From positions 104,444,243-104,508,242 of the forward strand of contig NC_068981.1 of the NCBI RefSeq assembly GCF_001194135.2: a DNA stretch of 64,000 nucleotides. Reading direction: 5' to 3'. Made by a program: the position numbers and the translations under genes. The notes under the pieces were generated by a model that was not told where the DNA came from, did not search any database, and was given only the letters and a program-made list of their open reading frames with translations. The first letter of the stretch is position 1, and each line of letters opens with the position of its first letter. The DNA is from Octopus bimaculoides (lineage: Eukaryota). This document shows, piece by piece, positions 15,049-27,679 of the stretch.

Positions 15049-16068
15049 AACATGAAGAAGTGATTAGTTGTTTAGTGAGGATCTTAGGATTTGAAATGCT
15101 AGCAACATAAAGATGTAGTTAAGTTGGCAATTGGCTCTGTTACCTTTTGATTCTTGCATAGATCCATCATACGGCATGTGCATTGCATTGTTGCCGGTTG
15201 AGTTTGGACGTAGAAGGTTTTTTGCCAGAATGCACTGGAGGTCTTTGCTAGGACACATTACATCAGAATAACATTTTTAGCAGGGCCCCAAATCCCAGTG
15301 AGTTACAAGGTATTTATATTCCCAATCTTCTGTAAATAACATAGAAATTTTATGTTGAATAGAATGTCAACAAGTTTCGAATAGTACTGCAGAGGTCATT
15401 TTGTTAATGATAGACCTGCTAAAAGGTTTAGTCAAAGGAGGAATAGCAGAACCCATGAACTATCAACAAGGCATCTGGAACTGATGGAGGAATAAGGAGG
15501 AAGGTTTAGATATCTGATCTCAGACCAGAAATTTAGTCTGAATGCTTGTAACAAAGCATATAGACACCAAGTTGTTGCATGAAAGTGGGCAATAGATTAA
15601 ATCTATTATATGGGAAAATTGCAGTATATAAAGGAAAGAAAATAGAACTGAATCACATCACAGACAAGAATCTATGAAAACATCAAAATTGTCAACAGTC
15701 AAAATAATTTCTCAAAAATAACTATCTTAACAATATCTTTAGAGAAAAGAATAATAAACAGAGAACTCTCTAGTTACCATTAAAGGTTCTCACATTAAAA
15801 AAAAGGAGGAATTACCTGAGTTCTCTATCCCAGAAATAAAGTTAAACAAAATAAAAATCAATAAAGAACGCTAAAAAGAAATGTACCAATATGTGTAAAA
15901 GATGATATATTTTTCCAAAAAATAAAGCTATATATAGTAATAAAGAATTATTTCCTGTAAAAAATAAAAAAAGGGACTAAAACCAAACTTGTAAATATGT
16001 ACAATTACATATCAGGGTAGGGTTACATGGTATTATAAACAACAACTTGTGGCTTTTAATGCAGATAT

Positions 16069-16328
16069 TCATGCCTCCAGTTTAGAATGATTTTTTGGAG
16101 AAGACTTTATTCCCAGATCTGGAGTTTCCTCATCAGGTGAAGGCGTTACTGAGATCTTGACAGGAAGATTATCAGAAAATTTCAGTCCTGCAACGGGAAG
16201 TGGAACTTTACCCTCTAAATAGCAATAAAGCACACTTGCATCCCATAATTCAGTTCTCAGGGATTTATCCATAGATTCCAGAGATGACTGTGCTTCTTCA
16301 CGATTTCTGAAGAATTTTCCAGTTACTC
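16069..16328 (-). CDS. SDR coding exon 6 (GVTGKFF...ELWDAS...SKLEA*)
   Basis: Acceptor tgcctttcag|GA; stop TGA at 16071-16069; G.tGkyf and LW..S terminal motifs of this SDR branch. Confidence 0.91.
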
Positions 16329-19300
16329 CTGAAAGGCACAAATGAAAGCAAAAATATAAAAGTCTATATATAAGTATGTAAGATATACCAGGTACATAAT
16401 TCAAATAAAATAAAATAAATTTAAAAATAGGAGCTTTAAAGGTGTCACGTAACTAGCACCTGTGCTGGTGGCACATAAAAAGCACCTTTTGAACATTGGG
16501 CCTCGCAGAGGCAATGACAAATGACAGACCTTCAGCAACATACCATGCTTGAGTAGAAGACCCATCAAACCAAATTAAGTCATAGTAGTGGCAGATACCA
16601 GTGTCATGCAACTGACACCCATTACACTCAGAGTGGTTGGCATTAGGAAGGGCATCCAGCCATAGAAATCATGCCAAATCAGACTGGAGTCTAGTACAGC
16701 TCCTGAGCTCGCCAGCCCTGGTCAAACCGTCCAACCCATGTCAGCATGGACAATAGATGTTAAATGATGATAATGATGTCATGTAAAAATAAACATGGTT
16801 AGTAGTTCAGTGAAATAGTAATAATTTAGCATCATTATTTTATCTAGTAATATGTTAGACTTGTACTTCGGCAAAATAAATTTACTCTTTGGTAAACTAA
16901 ATTTCAGTTTGGTGTGGAAAATCTATTGCTCACAAGGTGTGTGTAGTAAAACAAGTCAACAACAATACATTTAGAGCCACCAATGACATCTAAACAGTGC
17001 ACTGCATGAAATATCTCAGTGCTTGCAAATTTTTAAGGCTGAGTGGTTACAAAATTTGCTTCCCAACCACATGGTTTCAGGTTCAGTCCCACTGCATGGC
17101 ACCTTGAGAAGGTGTCTTCTATAACTTGGGACAGCCAGTCTTGTGAGTACATTTGGCACATGGAAAATTAAAGAAGACTGTCATGTGTGTGTGTGTGTGT
17201 GTGTGTGTGCACATGCAAACGTGTTTGTGTCTCCTTGTCTTGATACAGCGTGACTGCTGTAAATAAATGTCGTTTATTTCTAATATTCTGTGTAAATATG
17301 TTTGGCCACAAGAAAATATTACTTTACTCAGAAACAGGTAAGGATTGGTAATAATAAGCACTTAACTGCAGAAAACCTGCTTCAATAAACTGCATCCAAC
17401 CCATACAAGCATGGAAAAATGGTTGTTATGATACAAATGTTTTAAAAATTTATGCTATTCATAATTGTGTTTTCATAAGTATGATTGATAAAACAAAAAA
17501 AACAAAAGTTTTCTACATTTTTATGTAAATTAGATCTTGACTGAACGCTACACTGCCAGTAAAAGTATTTGTTAATCATACTAGCAAGCGAAGTAAGCAT
17601 GTAGAGGCTTCTTTGTTGCCCTTATATAAAGCTAAGGTACAGATACTTACATTATTGACTCTAGAAAGCAAAGTCAACCTCTGAAGGACTAAAATTTAGA
17701 ACCCAAACAAATCTGAATGTGAAATATGCTGTTTGACACTCCACCAAATCCAGTCATCAATTACACTATTGACAACAAAGGAATCTTACAAAGGCACAAG
17801 ACCAGATGGTATACAGAGCCATTGGCATCTCAACTTTAATGTATGGTGCAGAGGCATGGACTCTTTACAAAACACAAGTCAAATTGAATAGCTCTCAGAT
17901 GCCACCATGATATTTGAGAGCTATCCTATCATGAACATCAAATGGTTTTAGCATACCTCAAACTACAAAGTCCTCAACAAGGTTTGCTTTCAATTCATGC
18001 ACCATCTATTGATGCAGAGAAATCTCCATTGGACAGGCCACATTGTCAGACTAGGTGGTGATAAACTCCAAAAAAAAGTCCTGCTCTTGCAACTGGCAGA
18101 TGGCTATCAAAATATTAGTAGATCTAAATTGAGATTTAAGGACACTGTAAATCAGAATCTAAAAGATCTATCTATCCCTGCTGAAAAGTGGTACCAGCTA
18201 GCTGGTGATTGCTTTATCAGGAGAAATTTGATTTTTGAAGTCAAGTCAGTCATAGTCACTGACAATAGATTGTAGATTATATTACATAGGTACAAAGACA
18301 GAAATTTGGTAGGAAAGGGAACAGTTGACTGATTACATTGATCCCACCACTTGACTGGAGTTGATAAAATCTTAATTTTACTCAGACCAAAAGGACAAAA
18401 GGCAAAGTTACCCTCAGCAGGGTTTGAACTGAGAAAGAAGAGTCAGAACAAATACTGCTAAGTATTCCCCGCAACCCTCCAACAACTCTGCAAGTTAGCC
18501 TCAAAGAACTAGTTTAGAGTAATAAATTGGAGGAATTGTTTGAGAATCAGATGGAATGCCTTACAGTGTCTGTTCCAACATTATACATTCTGAGTTCAAA
18601 TCTTACCTTCTGCCACCAGAAAAGAAAGGTAACGTTTCTGTAAAGTGTCGCACTTAACAAATAATAAGAGTAATAGGAGAAAAGAAGAAACAATGGAAAC
18701 TTAGTTTTCTTGTTTTGATTGGAAGAGTGACTACTGTCAACATTATTAATAAATAATGGTTTCAAATTTTGGCACAAGGCCAGCAATTATAGGAATGGGG
18801 TAATCCCCAATACTTAACTGATACTTAATCTATCAATTCCAAAAGGATGAAAGGCAAAGTTGACCTCAGCAGAATTTAAACTCAGAACATAAAGATGGAC
18901 AAAATGCTGCTAAGCCTTTTGTTCAGCATGCTAATGATTCTGCTAGCTCGCCACCTCAAACATTATTAAACATTATTAATAAATAATAAAAAGAAATATT
19001 TTATTAACCTTTTAGTTTTTCTCCAACAGCACAATCCATAATAGCTTCAGCACCTTCATCAACTGTCTTAGCAATGTTCAAATAGCGTAAAAAGTAATAG
19101 AGAACATAATTCAAAAAAAATCTTTTGGCACCACTGACATCACGACCCAGATTTGTCTTAGGAACAAAACCTGAAAAAAAGAAAATGAAGAAAAATTATT
19201 AGGTGAAAAGATCAACTATTCTATGTTACTATGGCTTCAGAGTCTATAGCTCACGGAAAGGGCTTCTTGCTCTGGCATGGCTTAACAGCAGACAAGTTGT

Positions 19301-22300
19301 GAAGTTTGGGTTTTATCCTATTGTATGGCAAGTGTATTCTATTTTAATCACAGGTTGATCATTGCCTTGTAAGCAAAACTGGTATATAGAAATTGAATGG
19401 AATCCTATCATAAAGAAACTCTATAAAAAGATGGTGATAAGAAAGATATTCAGTCAGACAAACAAAGGGTAAAATTATCTGTCACACATACATAGTGTAT
19501 TTGATTAGTTAATTATGCCAATTTGGTGTGGAAAAGCGTTCTGGTCCTGGGAAAGCTCCCTACATGATGCTAAGTGTTAAAGAACACTGAATGTCCGAGA
19601 CAGGTGAGACAACTTGCCCAAAGTGATTGAGAATGATAGACTTCACACTATTTGCATTTATGTCCCAGAGCAGTGATTCAATTCGTTTTGAGGTGAATTG
19701 AGTAAATGATACTAAGTCGCTACAACAATAGCGAAATATCAATATCTATCATTCTCAATCATTTCAGGCAAGGTGACTCACCTGGCTGAGACATTCAGTG
19801 TCCTTTAACACTCAGCATTGTGTAGGGAAAGGAGCTTTCCCAGGATGCTATCCCACAACAAATTGGTGTATAAACAAAATACATATACTATGCATGTTCA
19901 ACCAATAATATTTATATTATTAGAGAAGCTTTTAATTCATAATTTACAAGTGAGATGTGATCCTTCAATCTACCCAGAAGAGAATTAGCTTCAAATAAGA
20001 ATTGATTCAGATTGTGATGATCCCATCCAAGTCATGCTAGAAAGGATCTGTAAGAAAAAGAGGATGATGATGATGACAATAGTGATGATGATAATGATGA
20101 TTATGATCATAATTGTGTGTGTGTGTGTATTTGTTTGAGTGTCTTCACATTGATACTGTTTAAGCAACGCTGACATTTGTTTTCATCTCTAACTCAAGTC
20201 AATTGATCTTTATCTCTCTCTGAGTAAAGTACATGAATCAGATATTTTCCATTATCTGAGTATATAAAGGACATACATATATTGAACCTAGAAAGCATGT
20301 AAAATTTGAAACCCCAGTAATCAAGTTCCCAATTACGTGTTGCCTACATCTAGTTATCAGGCACTTAAATTTGAACAATCATCATCTTTGTAACAATAAA
20401 AGCAATGTTAATTAGGATATGGCTAATTAATTAAGTCAGTAAAGTATTGTTATTTAGCTCCAGCTAAGTTTTAATTCAGCAAACCTATAATCAAAGGCCT
20501 TCCAGCCATAACCATTTCAACAGATCAGTTTGTTATTTGAAACAGTAGAGTTACAACGCATGGCTCCTTTATTAATATGCAGTACCATTGTCAAAGTCTT
20601 TTATAAGCCTGTAAAACCAAGCCACTCTGCAGTATGTTTCTTATCATCATCATCCTCATCATTATCTAATGTCCATTTTCCATACTGGCATGGCTTCACA
20701 GGAACTGGCAAGGTCAAGGACCACACCAGGTTCCATAGTCTGTTTTGGCTTGATTTCTATGGCTAGATGCCCTTCCTAACACCAACCACTCCACAGAGTG
20801 TACTGGGTGCATTTTAAGTGGAACCAGCACTGATGCATTTTACATGGAACCAACACCAGATAGTGAGGAAAATGATACGAAATGATACGAGAATGGAGAA
20901 GCTAGACAGTTAGGCAACATTAGAATAGGAAAATATGAAGCTATACAATGAAGAAGTAAGGAAAATAGAGAATTAAATAGTAGGAGAGTGGGAAAACTAG
21001 AAACTGATCATGAGAGAGTGTGAAACTAGAAAATTAAAAAATGGAAGAGAGGAGGACTAGAAAGTTAAGCATTGAGAAAGAAGGAAGACTATAAGGCTGA
21101 GAAGAAACTTAAAAGTTAGACAATTAAAGTGGAAAAACCAGAAACGTTTGTCAGTAGAGGAGTAAGTAAAGTAGAAAGTTTATTGGGGAAGGCTATAAGG
21201 TGAGGCAGTAAAGAAACTAAAGACATATACAATAAGAAGTGAGAAAGCCAATAAGTCAAACAAGGAGATAGAAGAAAGTAAAACAGAGATAAATGAGAAG
21301 AGAATTTCAGAAAAGAGAGCAAGATAAAATGAGATTGAGATACAGACATGAAAGAAAAGGATGTAAACTTATTTTAATCAGTACACAAACAGGAATATCA
21401 AGTAGTTTCAGCACTGTGGCTGCTGCAAGTGTACGAGTTTCTGAAAAATAACAATACTGATAATATAGTATCCTTGCCTGGACATAAGCAGTTTACTGTA
21501 ATGTTCTTGTTACGAATTCTTTCGGCTAATTCATAAGTAAAAATCACATTTGCAAGTTTGGAGTTTTTGTAGGCTTGAAGACCATTGTAAGTATTTGGTT
21601 TTTCCAAAAAAAAGTTGTTCATGTCAAGGGGTTTTGCTCCTGAAAAACAAACAAGAAAAATAATCTGAGTAGAATTATTTCAGTTCCTATTATATCTACA
21701 CAGATAACACAAGGAATTTCTCTCTTCAAGTGAAGGATGGAGTGTGACACTGCTTGTATGCAAAGTGTGACACTGCTCCTGTGCAAAGTGTGACACTGCA
21801 TGTGTCTTTCTGTCTTCTACTGCTTAATTTACAGTTTATTCTGCTAGTCTCTGGCTCTCCTGAACTTACCCTTGACTTACAGGGTCTATTTAAACTTTAA
21901 AATGGTGAGAATATATAAACACACCTGTACGCTGTGTGACATTTCTAGAGGCCAGCCCTTAGCTATAGAACCATCTCTTGCAAAAGGTCAATAACTAAGG
22001 CTCTTGACAAGTACTATCACCCCAGCCAGAGTGGGCAAAGTATAGTGGTGACTAAAGGGTAATTCCGTTCTCCCACAAAATTCCTGAAGTCCAGAGCTGG
22101 AGCCTCATCACTGGATGCAGTTTAATGTCTTGTCCAGTTTAATGTCTTGGATATTTAGAATCCACAGATTCTTTCCCAGTCTTCTTCTACAAGAACTACT
22201 TTTAACTACTAACACCCACCTCTTTTTTTCTTTTTCTATCCAACAATCATTGGACTTTCATATGACATTTTCATATCACTCAGCTGTCTGACATGCATGT

Positions 22301-23291
22301 GTCAGCTCACTATTATTTTCTTCTAAGTTGGTCAAGTGAGGTGGTGCAATGCCCATGACAGACATTCCTACACTGACTGAGATTAATAGAATTATAGCTC
22401 AATATAAACAGCCGTCAGGAAAATATAAGCAGTTAGGGAACCAACTGCCTGGTCTAAAACACTTGCAATAAAATGAATGCCGACAAAAACAACCCGGGGT
22501 CACATGTAATGTTAACCAGGATGGTGGATGCAATTTAAGCCTAATGAACCCTCTGCATGGTTGCTCAAAACGCTAGAAATAACAGCCAAATTCCCCTCAA
22601 CAACTAACATCTATAAAAACAAATTAGATATTACAGTCTAAGCTAAGCTATGTCTAAAAAACAAAAAAATGGGATCAGCAATAACTTGGATTTAACCAAC
22701 AACTTTCCATTTAAGACAGTATAGTAAAACCAAACTCCCTGAAAATGATTCAAAATAACTTACTGTCTTTCATATGTTTGATTTGAGTGTCATGAAGTAA
22801 AGAAGTGACATTGACTATTCGAGATTCACCATTCAGAGCAGCAGAATTTTCTAAGTCTTCTAAGAGAAGAATAGTAAGTAAGAAATGACCTGCAAGAAGA
22901 AACATTTTCTTTTTACTAAACAATAATATGTTGAATTTTGTGGTGGTGGTACTGGTGGAGAGCAGTCATACTAACACAATGGTTGCAACTAACTTTAGTT
23001 TTACTATCAACTAATCTATAAGAATTTTCTTTTTCTTTCATAACACTTCTGTGACCTTTTCGATGAATTCAATAAAATGATTTCTGGCAAATTGATTAAC
23101 ATTTAAAGTAGAACTGAAACTGAAGTGTGAGAGTTTCTTGGCAATATAACTCTCCCAAAGTACAATATTAGTTTCAACACAGTTTCAGCTCAAAATTCTT
23201 GCAAAACAAATCCAAAAATAGAATTATGTATATTTTTACAAATATAATCAAATTTAAACAAGACTTCAATTTAATACAGTATCATATTAAG

Positions 23292-23335
<44 letters not shown>

Positions 23336-23504
23336 TTAGGTGCAGGCATGGGTGTGTGGTGAAAAAGCCTGCTTGCTTCTCAACCACATGGTTCTGAGTT
23401 CAGCCACACTGCATGGTACCTTAAGCAATGCTTGCTATAGCCTTGGTCAACCAAAGCTTTGCAAGTGAATCTGACAGCTGGAAACTAAAAGAAGCCAGTC
23501 TGTA

Positions 23505-23594
<90 letters not shown>

Positions 23595-26500
23595 CATATA
23601 AATAATATATAAATATAAATATAAATAATATATATATATACATATAAATAATATATATATATACATATATAAATACATATATATATACATATATAAATAC
23701 NNNNNNNNNNNNNNNNNNNNNNNNNNNNNNNNNNNNNNNNNNNNNNNNNNNNNNNNNNNNNNNNNNNNNNNNNNNNNNNNNNNNNNNNNNNNNNNNNNNN
23801 ATATATATATATATATATATATGCATATATGGGTACAGGACGTTACCAACAGTAAACAGCATGAAATACAAAAACAAATGAGTTCAATACACAAACAACA
23901 AGAGAAACAGATGGAAAACAGACTGTATGCACACTGAAAGAAAAGTTGGACATAAGAAGCATCAGATGTGGTGTGCAAGAGAGACAACTGCGCCGGTATG
24001 GTCATGTGTTGCACATGGATGAGAAGAGCTGTGTGAAGAAGAGTCACACCCTAACAGTGGAAGGAACCTGTGGAAGAGATAGACCCAGGGAGACATGGGA
24101 TGAGGTGGTGAAGCATGACCTTTGAACATTGGGCCTCATAGAGGCAATGACAAGAGATCGAGACCTTTGGAGATATGCTGAGACTGAGAAGACCCGGCAA
24201 GTAAAATGAGATTGTAGCTGTGGTTGATGCCAGTGTTGCATAACCGGCCCATTTAAAAGTACCCTTGAATTGTCAGGTGATATGATGTGCTTGAGAAGAC
24301 CTGTTCAATCAAGTGAAATCAAAATCGAAACTGGTGGCATGTAACAAGCACCATTGGAGCATGGATCGATGCTACTTTCACTGACTGGCTCCCCATGAAA
24401 AAGCACCATGTGAACATGGTCGATGCCAGTACCCCCTGACTGGCACCTGTGCCGGTGGCACATAAAAAGCACCATCTGAATGCGGTCAATGCCATTTGCC
24501 ACCTAACTGGCTCCTGTGCCGGTAGTACGTAAAAAGCACCATCCGATCATGGTCGATGCCAGTACCCATTGACTGGCTCCCATGCCGGTGGCACGTAAAA
24601 AGCACCCACTACACTCTCAGAGTGGTTGGCGTTAAGAAGGGCATCCAGCTGGAGAAACCTTGCCAGATCAGACTGGAGCTTGGCAAAGCCTACTGGCTTG
24701 CCAGTCCTCAGTCAAACCGTCCAACCCATCCCAGCATGGAAAGCAGATGTTAAACGATGATGATGATGATATATATATATATATATATATATATGAAAAG
24801 GCAACCTTTATCTCCAACTAAATGTGGAAGTTGAGCTAGAACACAGAATATTGTGTTATATAACAATATAAATATGCACCATTAGTCCATATAGGAAGTC
24901 CTCTCAAGGTAAATGATACAGTATTCTCTGTTCTAATAACACCCACATTGTATTGGAGATAAAGATTGCCTCTTGGTATTAATACTGCTTCTGCCAATAT
25001 TGTGTGTGTGTCCTTGTCTTGAAGTCACATGATAGTTGAGTGTCACTGTCAAAGAAGCAGAGTCATTCATTTCCAATATTCTGCAAAAACATGCCTAGTC
25101 ATGGGGAAATATTACCTTGACTGGAAACAAGTGAGGATTAGCAACAGGAAGGGCATCAGAGTGTAGAAGATATGCCTTAATAAGCTCCATCTAACTCATG
25201 CAAGCATGGAAAAGTAGATGTTCAACTGATGATGATGGGGTGGGCCATTTGAAAGTTAAGCTACAGATACCCAATCATAATTTAACATCTGCTTTCCATG
25301 CTGGCATGGGTTAGACAGTTTGACTGGAACTGGTAAGCCTGAAAGTTGCACCAGGTTCCAGTCTGATCTGACATGGTTTCTATAATTGTATGCCCTTTCT
25401 AACACCGATCACTCTTTTTTATGTGCCATTTATATGACACTTGCAATGGCCACGGCTACGATTTCATGGGTGCCCAGACAACAGAGATTTGCTATTCAGT
25501 GTCTAGTCATAACAATCAACCATCTTTCACATTCAACAAATTTCTTTAATACTTTAAAAACATAAACAATCAATCAAAAAGAAACTGACATTATGAATTC
25601 CTCACAGACAAGATAGAGTTGCAAGAACAGAATTACCAATTACCTAAGTGATTTGTTCCCATGGTTAATTCAAATCCATCTTTTGTAAGCTTCCTTTCTT
25701 CCCCAGAATTATCAAAAACAGCAGCATTGTTAATAAGGAGGTCAAGTGGTTTTCCAGATTCATGAAACTCGTCCACAAATTTGTGTATAGAAGAAATATC
25801 AGCCAGGTCAAGCTGAAATAGTAATAATAATAATAACAAACAACAACAAAACAACAACAGTAATAATGATGAGCCTTTCTTCTATAGGTATAAAACCTGT
25901 AATTTAGGGGAGGCTGATAGTCAATTACATCACTCCCAGTGATCATCTGGTACTTAAACAATAATAATGTTTCAAATTTTGACACAAAGCCATCAAGTTC
26001 AGGAGAGGTGTAAGTTGATTACATTGACTCCAGTGCTCAACTAGTATTTATTTCATCGACCTTGAACAATAACAATAATAATAATGATTTCGAATTTTGG
26101 CACAAGGCCAGCAAGTTTAGGGGAGGAGGTAAGTGAATTATATCGACCCCAGTACTCAGCAAGTACTTATTTTATTGACCCCAAAAGGATGAAAGGAAAA
26201 GTTGACCTCAGAACAGAACATAAAGATGGACAAAATGCTACTAAACATTTTGCCCAGCATGCTAATGAATCTGCCAGCTCACTGCCTTAAATAATATTGG
26301 TTTCGAATTTTGGCACAAGGCCAGCAATTTTAGAGGAGGGGTTAAGTCAATTACATTGACCCCAGTTCTCAACTGGTACTTATTTCATCATCCTCAAACA
26401 ATAATAATAATAATCCTTTCAGCTATAGGTACAAGGCCTAAATTTCATGGAGTAGAGATAAGTTGATTATATCAACCCCAGTACTCAACTGGTACTTATT

Positions 26501-27636
26501 TTATCAACTCCAAACAATAATAATAAAATTAATAACATGATGGAATCATTAAGCAAACTAGCTTATTGATTGATCCAGCATGTCTACTTGATTCCAGGAT
26601 TGTGAAGAAAGATGAAAAATTAAAAAATACTACAATCCCTTCAAACTTGAGACTGCGAAGATTTAGAATATGAAATATGTATGAAAGGTCATACATGTAA
26701 TAATTGGTGCACTAGGGACTGTGAATAATGACAAATAGTTAAAAAAAAAGATTGGAATGGATTGTTCTGAAGAGTTTCTACAGAAAGTTTGCCTTTTAGG
26801 AACAGGAAAGATCATCAAAATTGTTTTGAGCACTTGAAAGTTTATTGAAATCATGTGGATATATCTAAGGTTACAAGTAGTAACCTGCTCCCACATGAAT
26901 ACTACCAAGAATGAGACCAATTTTGAGTCATGTCAAACAATACTAATAATAATAATTCTTTTTACTATAGGCACAAGGCCTGAAATTTTGGAGGAGGGGG
27001 CTAGTCAATTACATCAACCCCAGTGCTTAACTGGTACTTATTTTATCGACCACAAAAGGATGAAAGATGAAGTTGACCACAGTGGAATTTGAACTCAGAA
27101 CTTAAAGATGAATGAAATGTCACTAAGCGTTTTGCCCAACATGCTAACAATTCTGCCAACTCACTACCTTAAACAATAATAATAACAATAATAATAATCC
27201 TTTCTACTATAGATACAAGGCCTGAAATTGTGGGGGAGGGGGCTAGTTGATTACATCGACCCCCATGCTCAACTGGTACTTATTTTATTGACCCTGACAG
27301 AATGAAAGGCAAAGTCAACCTCAGCAGCATTTGAACTCAGAACTTAAAGACGAATGAAATGTCACTAAGCATTTTGCCCGGCATGCTAATGATTCTATCA
27401 GATCACCTTAATAATAATAATCTTTTCTACTATAGGCACAAGGCCTGAAATTTTTGTGGGAATGGGTTAGTCAATTACAGCAATCCCAGTGCTCAACTGG
27501 TACTTGTTTCATTGACCCCTATAGAATGAAATGCAAAGTTGACCTCAGCAGAATTTGAACTCAGAACAGTATGAGTCAGAAGTAGTACCACTAACCATTT
27601 TGCCCAACACTTTATCAATCCTGCTAGCTTGCAACC

Positions 27637-27679
<43 letters not shown>

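Noticed and set aside
16069-16083. SKL near the SDR C-terminus as a peroxisomal PTS1
   Set aside because: The protein ends SKLEA; PTS1 must be the last three residues
19700-19740. gcta-caacaa-tagc-gaaa hairpin in the loop of the intron 4 fold-back as a hammerhead
   Set aside because: No CUGANGA-like core upstream and no helix I or III
21452-21483. GT donors near the end of exon 4 (TTAT|gtccag and TCA|gtattg)
   Set aside because: The first removes the conserved Pro-Gly and has a poor consensus; the second is phase 0 and incompatible with exon 5
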